64,000 nucleotides of DNA from Candidatus Poribacteria bacterium (GTDB lineage: Bacteria > Poribacteria > WGA-4E > WGA-3G): positions 14,036-78,035 of the forward strand of contig JAJEBZ010000095.1 of the NCBI GenBank assembly GCA_022822275.1, written 5' to 3'. The notes under the pieces were generated by a model that saw only the letters and a program-made list of their open reading frames with translations, was not told the DNA's origin and searched no databases. The translations under genes and the position numbers were made by a program. Positions 28,492-36,191 of the stretch are shown here, piece by piece (positions within the stretch are counted from its first letter, which is position 1; every line of letters starts with the position of its first letter).

Positions 28492-29322
28492 TTATCGGGA
28501 TTTGATACTTCCCCATGTGGTTGCAAGTTTGTCCTTAGGTTCAACAGGCAGGACCCCCGCTAAGCCTTTATCCATTAGGGTATTTATATCTTCCGCGGAC
28601 AGCGCGACATTGAAAATTGCGACATCGTAGAGTTTACCGTTAAGCGTTTCTGAAGTGTTGTTAGTCCAACCACCGATATGAACTTCTTCTGTATCCCGAG
28701 GTGCAGGACCACCATAGCCATTGGTCGAAGAGAACTCTGTCCCATTTTCATAGAGCTTAATGGTATCCACACCATCATACGTCGCTGTCATATACAACCA
28801 AGTATCTTTCTTTACGGTTCCTTGATTCCACACACCTTTCCAACCACCTCGGCTATAGTAAGCTTCCCAATGGGCACCATTACTACTTACCCTGAATGCG
28901 TAATTTACCACTTGTCCTGTGGCAGCTCTTTTGCCGACAATATGTCCATAACCGGTCTCACCACCATTCACAAAGACCCATGCGGTAATTGTCCAGCCTT
29001 CTGATGCATACAAACTATCAGAATCTGGAACGATAACCCGATCATTCTGTCCATTTAAACTCAGGGCTGGCCCGGAGGGACCATCAACCCACTGTCCACC
29101 TTGTAGTTCACCATGATTGTTATTTCCCGAACTGTCGTTGATTTCAGTCCCATCACCTTCGTCAAGGAGCCAAATTGCCATTGCAGTATCAGGATCGATT
29201 GCCGCATCAACCTGCATTGAGAACGCAAGCATAACAGTAAATAAACTGATACTAAATATCCCTAAGTATTTTGAAACTTTTTTCATTTTTTTCTCCAAAT
29301 AAATGATTTTTGTAGTATACAA
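28492..29322 (-). CDS. Secreted LamG / concanavalin-A-like lectin-domain protein, second copy.
   Basis: It has a signal peptide. 'DSSGNNNHGELQGGQWVDGPSGPALSLNGQNDRVIVPDSDSL...WTITAWVF' matches the same fold as 598..1386. The C-terminal 'DKLATTWGSIK' tail is shared. Confidence 0.65.
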   Translation of the reverse strand: MYTTKIIYLEKKMKKVSKYLGIFSISLFTVMLAFSMQVDAAIDPDTAMAIWLLDEGDGTEINDSSGNNNHGELQGGQWVDGPSGPALSLNGQNDRVIVPDSDSLYASEGWTITAWVFVNGGETGYGHIVGKRAATGQVVNYAFRVSSNGAHWEAYYSRGGWKGVWNQGTVKKDTWLYMTATYDGVDTIKLYENGTEFSSTNGYGGPAPRDTEEVHIGGWTNNTSETLNGKLYDVAIFNVALSAEDINTLMDKGLAGVLPVEPKDKLATTWGSIKSR

Positions 29323-29514
29323 TTTTAGTCACAACGATTAATTACAATAATTGCTTTTACACCTAATATTAAAGTAAGGGTAACGCAACGAATGTGTTTT
29401 TATGTTACCACAGTTGCATTCCTGTGTCAATCAATTATATTGTCTGAATATTGAATGCCTCTGGGGAAACATAAAAACCTTGCAGATTGGGATGTTCATT
29501 GCTATAATATACAC

Positions 29515-30357
29515 ATGTCATTGTTTGAAGCGATTTTACTTGGTATTATACAAGGTCTCACAGAATTTCTCCCCGTTAGCAGCTCAGGTCACCTTGTCTT
29601 AGCGCAACAGTTTCTCGGATTGAAAGAACCCCTTGTGTTTTTTGATGTGATGTTACATGTCGGCACATTAGCGGCCATACTTGTTGCATATCGTCAGGCA
29701 ATTGGAAGGTTAGTTATTGGAGGGTTATCAACGCTTGGAGAGACACGGTTCTATCGGAATCCGATTAAAGGTATCAACGAGTCGGTTGAACTCAGGTTTA
29801 TTTGGTTAATACTTCTCGGTTCTATTCCAACAGGTATCATTGCAGTGCTGTTTAAGGATCAGTTGGAGTCCTTCTTTGATGAGGTGCAACTTGTCAGTAT
29901 CATGCTCATTGTAACTGGCATCATCCTCCAACTACCACGTCTCAGAAAGCAACAAGCGGATGGTTTTGTCTCTGGTCCAGATAAGATAAGATGGTGGCAT
30001 GCGCCGCTTGTTGGTATTGCCCAAGGTTGTGCTATTACACCGGGGATTTCGCGTTCTGGATCAACGATTTCACTCGGTCTCTTTTTGGGTATTCCAGCTA
30101 AGACTGCAGCGGAATACTCTTTTCTCCTCTCAATTCCTGCAATTCTTGGGGCAGTCGTCCTCAAAATCAAAGACATTGGAGACACTGCTATTCCTTTGTA
30201 TATCTTAGCGATTGGCATGTTTGCGTCTTTTCTGGTTGGTTATATTGCTTTGCGTTTGCTATTAGTGATGCTTAATCGTGGAAGATTCTCTGTGTTTACG
30301 TATTACTGTATTGCATTAGGACTCGTCGCGTTCTTTGTTTCCCTAAACATCAGTTAG
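29515..30357 (+). CDS. uppP: Undecaprenyl-diphosphatase.
   Basis: 'MSLFEAILLGIIQGLTEFLPVSSSGHL' is the canonical UppP/BacA N-terminus. The protein is a polytopic membrane protein of about 280 aa. Confidence 0.85.
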   Translation: MSLFEAILLGIIQGLTEFLPVSSSGHLVLAQQFLGLKEPLVFFDVMLHVGTLAAILVAYRQAIGRLVIGGLSTLGETRFYRNPIKGINESVELRFIWLILLGSIPTGIIAVLFKDQLESFFDEVQLVSIMLIVTGIILQLPRLRKQQADGFVSGPDKIRWWHAPLVGIAQGCAITPGISRSGSTISLGLFLGIPAKTAAEYSFLLSIPAILGAVVLKIKDIGDTAIPLYILAIGMFASFLVGYIALRLLLVMLNRGRFSVFTYYCIALGLVAFFVSLNIS

Positions 30358-30384
30358 ATTAACTACTGTTTATAGGAACATTTG

Positions 30385-31893
30385 TTACCAATGGGTATAG
30401 AGTAGTACCTCTGATATGATGAGTTGAAGGACAAGCAAACCGGCAACCCAAAAGAAATCACGTTGGGATCGTGTTGTAAGGTATTTGGCTACTGGGATGA
30501 CGAAGAACGGTACCATGAAAATCCAGATACGTTCCACCTCCATCGTGAACCAAGTTGAGAATGTGAAATAGAGTAGTGTTATTAGGAAACCGATGATGTA
30601 TGTATCTGCCTTGTCATGACGTAATATCCAAGGTGTGCGGGTTGGTGCATCTTCTGAATCTGGGGATGTTGTGTTTTGTTTCCACTCCTTGAATGTTTTT
30701 ACAAGTTGTCGTAGCCAGACAGTTGTTATTGGAATACCTACCCCCATCAAGAAAGCAAAAAGATTAGCAAAACTCAGATGGAAATAACGGTCAATGCTTT
30801 CAAAACCTGTTCCCATTCCTGATTCATCTTTTTTGATCGCTGCCCAAAGTGCTTCAAAGGGTTGGAAACCTGTGAGTAAGAATAATAGCACGTAGAATCC
30901 AACGAAGCCGATAGAAGCATATAAAAGCATCTTCAGGTATTGCTTGAACCGGTATCTCTCTAATAATGCGATAACGCACAGGAAGACCCCAATTACCACC
31001 GTTGAATAGGTCATAAACATACCCATTGCAAGCGAAATGCCTGTTAGGAGACTATAAGGACGAAATTTTGTCAATGCGGTTTCTGGATTAGTTTCCTTGT
31101 GTCTTGCTTCGTAAAACAGGTAGAGACTAAGAATTGGAAACACACTAAAAGGGCCGTCCATAGATGTCGTTGTAAACATAACAAAGTTTGGTGTGACAAG
31201 GAATAGCAGCAATGCGTAAAGCGCGACCTTTTGATTGTATAGACGTTCTGCAAGTTTATAGATAGGTATGATGACGAATGCGGTGAATAGGACTGATACT
31301 AACGATGCAGATATGAGATTGTAACCAAATATCTTACTGAAAAGCCACAAGAAAACAACGCCTCCCGGCGGATGAGTGCGTGTGTGTCCAGTTAATTTAT
31401 TGAACAACTCCGGTTTGCTAAAATCCCGCAAAAATGTGCGGAGTCCGAGTTCGTCTATATATGGCACGTCCTCATAGTATTCCAGTCCTGATCGTGTGTA
31501 AGGGTAGAAAAGCGTTAAAATTTGTTCAGTGCCCTGTTCTGTATTTATTTCGCGGAAACCATCAATTTGTGCGACACTGATATTGATGGCAATGAAGCAA
31601 ACAAAGGCAATCAATATCAACTTACGATAACTGATATTGTTCTTAAGGATATATCCATGGCAAAGAAAGAGAAATTCAATACATACAACGAGTGCAGGTA
31701 ATATCCACCAACTCAGATTGAATTCAGGTTGTGCATAGTATGGGACGAAGTGTCTGGCGTAGTTTACTGCCCCTAATCGGAGACTTGTCTCGCGCATGAT
31801 GTATTCCATTACTTTGTGGTATAGCAAGAAAAACAGCGCGACGATATAGATTTGTCGGATAATGGAACGACTTGCTTTTTGTATGTATTGCAT
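30385..31893 (-). CDS. Polytopic membrane protein, possibly a GT-C-fold glycosyltransferase.
   Basis: It has about 12 or more hydrophobic helices and an 'YYEDVPYIDELG' loop reminiscent of ArnT/PMT-type first-loop acidic motifs. The assignment is weak. Confidence 0.3.
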   Translation of the reverse strand: MQYIQKASRSIIRQIYIVALFFLLYHKVMEYIMRETSLRLGAVNYARHFVPYYAQPEFNLSWWILPALVVCIEFLFLCHGYILKNNISYRKLILIAFVCFIAINISVAQIDGFREINTEQGTEQILTLFYPYTRSGLEYYEDVPYIDELGLRTFLRDFSKPELFNKLTGHTRTHPPGGVVFLWLFSKIFGYNLISASLVSVLFTAFVIIPIYKLAERLYNQKVALYALLLFLVTPNFVMFTTTSMDGPFSVFPILSLYLFYEARHKETNPETALTKFRPYSLLTGISLAMGMFMTYSTVVIGVFLCVIALLERYRFKQYLKMLLYASIGFVGFYVLLFLLTGFQPFEALWAAIKKDESGMGTGFESIDRYFHLSFANLFAFLMGVGIPITTVWLRQLVKTFKEWKQNTTSPDSEDAPTRTPWILRHDKADTYIIGFLITLLYFTFSTWFTMEVERIWIFMVPFFVIPVAKYLTTRSQRDFFWVAGLLVLQLIISEVLLYTHW

Positions 31894-32045
31894 TTTGTTT
31901 GATGTTAATGGAAATAGGTGTGCCTATAGGAGCGTCTACTGTGCTACGAAGTATTTTGTGGGTGCCGCTGAGTATGTGTTTAATTTAGTTTAATTTCTTA
32001 TGCGTGTCTACTGAGGTGTGTCAAGGTTGTTGTTCTAATACCTTG

Positions 32046-32279
32046 CTATTCAGTTTTCTGATGTACTGCTATTATATGGGCTAATGTTCGTAATGCGTCA
32101 TTCACGGATTTGGCATCGGGAAATATCTTAGCAACATCTGGATCCAGACGGATCAAGTTTTTGTCCGCGTGGTATCTCTCCGCATATTTTCCGCGAACAC
32201 CTTCACTGACATCATATTCATCAAGAATATCTGCATCATATTGCACTGATGTTGTTGGATTGATATGTTCTTCTTTCAT
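32046..32279 (-). CDS. Small hypothetical protein, possibly an orphan TA-antitoxin-like protein.
   Basis: The 77-aa protein carries 'EYDVSEGVRGKYAERY...LDPDVAKIFPDAKSVNDALR', a motif I recall from small BrnA/DUF4415-like proteins. No toxin partner is adjacent. Confidence 0.3.
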   Translation of the reverse strand: MKEEHINPTTSVQYDADILDEYDVSEGVRGKYAERYHADKNLIRLDPDVAKIFPDAKSVNDALRTLAHIIAVHQKTE

Positions 32280-32525
32280 AAATTTCCGCTATCGTTGATT
32301 ATCAACCCTAAAATTACAATTTAAGTATCACATATATTATAGAAAAAAACAACACAAATTTTGTATGTGGGTGTGTCAAAATATTGTAATCATCAGGATC
32401 AATTTATCAGGTAACGTTTGAGTTTCTGATACACCTTTCGCTTTTTGTTCATGTTTTCTTGATGATTGTTGTGGTTCAGACAAAGCCGCGTAATCTGTGT
32501 TCAGGAGAATCCACTTGAAAAGAAA

Positions 32526-33638
32526 TTACACATCAGATGTCTGCATCTGCTGTGCTGCTTCTAATAATGCATTCGCTAAGAATTGTGGGTTTACCTCATC
32601 TTTTCCCCGGAAGGTACGCACACGTTCACCGTTGACTTTTAGGACAGCCAGTTCTTTACCACCGAGATGGATACCGAGTTTTGCGTTGCGCGTTTCACCC
32701 GGACCGTTGACTTCACATCCCATGACTGCTATATCCATATTAATCCCGTTTTTTTCCAAAAGTTCTTCAGCAACAGCAACGATGTTTTCATAATCTGCAG
32801 TGGGATCACCACGTCCACAGAAGGGACAGGAGATTACATTTAATATATTCTCAGTCAGACCCAATGCACGTAGCAGTTCCTTTGCAGTCAGGACCTCTTC
32901 AACGGGGTCACCTGTGATAGAGATACGAAGAGTGTCTCCAATACCTTCTAACAACAGTGTACCGATGCCGAGGGTGGACTTGACATGTGCGCGGCGCGGC
33001 GTGCCTGCTTCTGTTACGCCAAGGTGCAAAGGATATCGCACTTTCGCGGAAAGCAATCGGTTTGCTTCTATCATCCGAAGTGGGTCACTGGATTTTACAG
33101 AAATTGCGATGTCTGTAAAATCGTGTTCTTCGCAGATATTGACGTGCCGCATAGCACTTTCTACTAACGCTTCTGCTGTGGGTGAGGGATATTTATCTAA
33201 TAGGTCTTTTTCAAGCGATCCTTCGTTGACACCGATGCGAATAGGTATATTTGCGGCTTTGGCAGCGGATAACACTTGTGCAATCCGTTCTTCGCTGCCG
33301 ATGTTCCCCGGATTGATGCGTACCTTTGCGACACCTGCATCTACTGCATCAAGGGCGAGTCTGTAATTGAAATGGATGTCGGAAACAATTGGGACAGGTG
33401 AACGTTTCACGATTTGACTCAGTGCTTTTGCGTCCTTTTCATCTGGTACAGCAACGCGGACGATTTGTGCGCCTGCCTCTGCACACCGTTCAACTTGTGC
33501 TAATGTTGCGTCAATGTCGTGCGTTAGGGTAGTGGTCATCGTCTGGATGGAAACAGGATTTCCACCACCAATCGGCACGTTTCCTACATGTATAGTTCGG
33601 GTAGGTTTCCGATTATCTATTTGTATCAGTTCTTTCAT
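32526..33638 (-). CDS. ispG: 4-hydroxy-3-methylbut-2-en-1-yl diphosphate synthase.
   Basis: 'ISCPFCGRG' and 'MGCEVNGPGE' are IspG/GcpE Fe-S cluster motifs. The N-terminal TIM-barrel region 'IQTMTTT...VRVAVP' fits as well. Confidence 0.9.
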   Translation of the reverse strand: MKELIQIDNRKPTRTIHVGNVPIGGGNPVSIQTMTTTLTHDIDATLAQVERCAEAGAQIVRVAVPDEKDAKALSQIVKRSPVPIVSDIHFNYRLALDAVDAGVAKVRINPGNIGSEERIAQVLSAAKAANIPIRIGVNEGSLEKDLLDKYPSPTAEALVESAMRHVNICEEHDFTDIAISVKSSDPLRMIEANRLLSAKVRYPLHLGVTEAGTPRRAHVKSTLGIGTLLLEGIGDTLRISITGDPVEEVLTAKELLRALGLTENILNVISCPFCGRGDPTADYENIVAVAEELLEKNGINMDIAVMGCEVNGPGETRNAKLGIHLGGKELAVLKVNGERVRTFRGKDEVNPQFLANALLEAAQQMQTSDV

Positions 33639-33732
33639 AATTAGTATGGCTTTCAGTTTTCGGTTATCAGTTTTCAGTTTTCGGTTAAAGAGATTTTGTA
33701 AGGATTATATTGAATTTAATGCTTATGGCATC

Positions 33733-34749
33733 CTATCTTGCTTGAATAATTGAGCCGTAACGAACAATCTGAGTCCGCTGTGTTGGTAACCAATAGGGTG
33801 GGCAATATGCACCAAAAGTTTCAATTGTTGCGACTAATGCAAATCTTTCACAGCCGAAAAGTTCTTGGTTACGTGTGTCAGATATTTCAGGTATTTCTCT
33901 TCGTGCAAAAACGCGGTCGTAGGGAAGATCTTTAACCAATGCTAATCTGTCATTGTTGTAGATCGGTCCAGATAATGGTTTTGCCCAAGTAGCTTTTACG
34001 TCAGGACGTGACCTAACTTTAAAGGAAGCAAGTTGACCATATCCCAATGTAGTTTTCTTACCAAGTCCAATCTGTTCCTTGATAGCAAAATCTAACAACG
34101 TTTCAACTCCCCCTTTATCACCGCGAAAGAAAAAGACGTAACTTTTAGTAAGTGGAAAATAGAGACGATTGTCAAGTGCTTTCGTTGAACCACCACCCGT
34201 ATTCAGTTTATTCTTCAGACCAATCGGACGACCAAACGGTTCGTTTACTCTTCGTCGTAACGGAATAGAATCTACAACTTCAGGATATACCTTAAATTGC
34301 TGACTATTGGAAGTGAAAAATGCTCCTACAGGAATAAGGACATCATCGTTGACATCAACGGGTAAACCTACTGAACAATCATACAGTGGCTTTAACCTTG
34401 TCAACGGAATTTTGCGTAACGGAAGTTCAAAGTCTATCCACATTTCTTGATCACGTAACGCTATATTCCATTGCCATAACAACTGTTGGGAAAGTTCGGG
34501 ATTTCCATTTAAGGCGTTACCCAATGCAGCCCGGAAGGCAACATAACTGAGAAATCCATCAAGCGTAGGAAGCCCAATGACAGGTGCATTTGACTTCTCA
34601 GCAGTAGTCACTGCGGATGTAGCTAAATTTAATCGAAGTTCGTATATTTCCTTTCCTGTCTTCACTCCGAATCGGTACTGTGCATCTTCGAGTATTTTTT
34701 TGATAGACAAATCAGGCTGTAACACTGAATTAGATCTACGCGACTTCAT
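33733..34749 (-). CDS. Cas5-like RAMP (Csf3/Cmr3-like).
   Basis: The N-proximal 'GLPTLDGFLSYVAFRAALG' resembles the Cas5 'P-P-S-T-x-x-G-x-L-R' block. The C-proximal glycine-rich loop is 'GLGKKTTLGYGQ'. Its start is an ATGA overlap with the upstream Cas7-like stop. Confidence 0.5.
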   Translation of the reverse strand: MKSRRSNSVLQPDLSIKKILEDAQYRFGVKTGKEIYELRLNLATSAVTTAEKSNAPVIGLPTLDGFLSYVAFRAALGNALNGNPELSQQLLWQWNIALRDQEMWIDFELPLRKIPLTRLKPLYDCSVGLPVDVNDDVLIPVGAFFTSNSQQFKVYPEVVDSIPLRRRVNEPFGRPIGLKNKLNTGGGSTKALDNRLYFPLTKSYVFFFRGDKGGVETLLDFAIKEQIGLGKKTTLGYGQLASFKVRSRPDVKATWAKPLSGPIYNNDRLALVKDLPYDRVFARREIPEISDTRNQELFGCERFALVATIETFGAYCPPYWLPTQRTQIVRYGSIIQAR

Positions 34750-35708
34750 TCGTTTATCTCTTCAGTTTGAACAGTTAAAACTTCAAGAATATCTTCCCGT
34801 TTTTCTATTAGATAATTTTGGTAGGCACAAACTGCATCTTTGACTGTATCTGGAAAATCTTGCGGATAATTCACTTGTTCAGAACCGACCTTTCCTTGAA
34901 ATTGAGATCGGACTTGTCCATATCCAGCTGCTCTTCTACCCCCGATTGTAGGTTGTTGTAGGAAAGATGACAAACCATCAAATAAGCAACCGAGTTCTAA
35001 CTGATCAACCGGAAATTTAGAGTAGATTTGTTGCAATAACCAAGTTCCAGCAGGAATACATTCAACATAGTAAATCATTTGTGGGGTTTCTTGATTATCC
35101 GTTTGGGGCTCAATATCAACAAAACGTTGTCGTGTAAGATCCTTGCTATCATCCTTACGTGTGAGTGGACCGTCATTAAAGATTAGATTCCTTGCACTTG
35201 TCCATTCATTCATTGGTGGAATAATACTTACATCAAGTGACTCATACATCCCTTGTAGTATTTCCTGTGTCTCCTCAGCACACGGTACAATATGTGTCAT
35301 CGCTAATTTAGATGGAAGCATTCTGTTTCCAAACGCAGCCCCCATTAACCGCATTGAAGGCAACTTCGTGTTGAAATCAGAAATCAGATCACCCGCTTTG
35401 CTTCTCTCAGAGAGTGCTCCTCCACTATACAAGATAGTATAGACATCATTATCATTGAATTTGAGCAGTTGTTTACCTTGATTGCTAAGACGTGAACAGA
35501 GTGCATCCGCAAGAATGTCACGTAACTGACCCCGAAAACTGTTACCAGACAATGCAGGCACAGATACAGGTTTTCCTTTGTAAATGACGCGCATCTGTTT
35601 GAGTTTACTAATATTTCCAATAGTCTCTTCTGTGTGAATGATTGGCTGTTCTGCAAGGTATGCAAATGTTAACTTTACATCAACAAGAGTGTGATTAGTT
35701 TGTTCCAT
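34746..35708 (-). CDS. Cas7-like RAMP backbone subunit.
   Basis: A first beta-strand is followed by 'VPALSGNSFRGQLRDILADAL', which parallels the Cas7/Csm3 'IPGSSxKGxLR' block. The C-proximal glycine-rich loop is 'GGRRAAGYGQV'. The start codon lies 1 nt after the upstream gene's stop, with a GAAGGAG RBS. Confidence 0.55.
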   Translation of the reverse strand: MEQTNHTLVDVKLTFAYLAEQPIIHTEETIGNISKLKQMRVIYKGKPVSVPALSGNSFRGQLRDILADALCSRLSNQGKQLLKFNDNDVYTILYSGGALSERSKAGDLISDFNTKLPSMRLMGAAFGNRMLPSKLAMTHIVPCAEETQEILQGMYESLDVSIIPPMNEWTSARNLIFNDGPLTRKDDSKDLTRQRFVDIEPQTDNQETPQMIYYVECIPAGTWLLQQIYSKFPVDQLELGCLFDGLSSFLQQPTIGGRRAAGYGQVRSQFQGKVGSEQVNYPQDFPDTVKDAVCAYQNYLIEKREDILEVLTVQTEEINE

Positions 35709-35709
35709 G

Positions 35710-36180
35710 CTATGCATCTCCTTCACCGGCATCTTCAAGTAGGAGTTGGGCTTTATCTGCCTCATCTATTCCTCCTCGTGCCTCTTGATAGATTTTTTTC
35801 ATGAGCATTACTAATGGCGTTGTCTCTTCTTTCAAAAGTCTCAATGCCTCATCAACGTGTTCAGTTTTAGACTGATAGATTGCTTCAGTTACTTCTCCAA
35901 GACACCGTAATGTAATGAAATTGGGGGAAATAGCTAACTGCACATCATTCACCAAACTACCAAGTGTTTCTGAATTAGAAGCACGTATGTACTTGACAAG
36001 TACTGAGTATGGATTAAACATTTCCTTTCGCTTAAATAACTTTGGGTCAAGCGGACCTCGCATCAGAAGAAGCGTTTGAACTGCTAACTTGACAGATTCA
36101 TCAAAATCAAGTTTCTCGGTAGCTTGTAGTGCGTCAGTTAAAGTTTCCTCTAAAGTCTTCGACTGGTTTTGTTCTGTCAT
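35710..36180 (-). CDS. Cas11-like small helical subunit candidate.
   Basis: The protein is 156 aa and predicted all-alpha. It sits between the large-subunit candidate and the Cas7-like gene, as the small subunit does in type I-E, III and IV-B loci. An AGGAGG RBS lies upstream. Confidence 0.4.
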   Translation of the reverse strand: MTEQNQSKTLEETLTDALQATEKLDFDESVKLAVQTLLLMRGPLDPKLFKRKEMFNPYSVLVKYIRASNSETLGSLVNDVQLAISPNFITLRCLGEVTEAIYQSKTEHVDEALRLLKEETTPLVMLMKKIYQEARGGIDEADKAQLLLEDAGEGDA

Positions 36181-36191
36181 GGCGAATCCTC

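Noticed and set aside
32046-32525. A toxin partner for the 77-aa antitoxin-like ORF.
   Set aside because: The 246-bp upstream spacer has no ORF with an RBS. The small gene is therefore treated as a solitary hypothetical.
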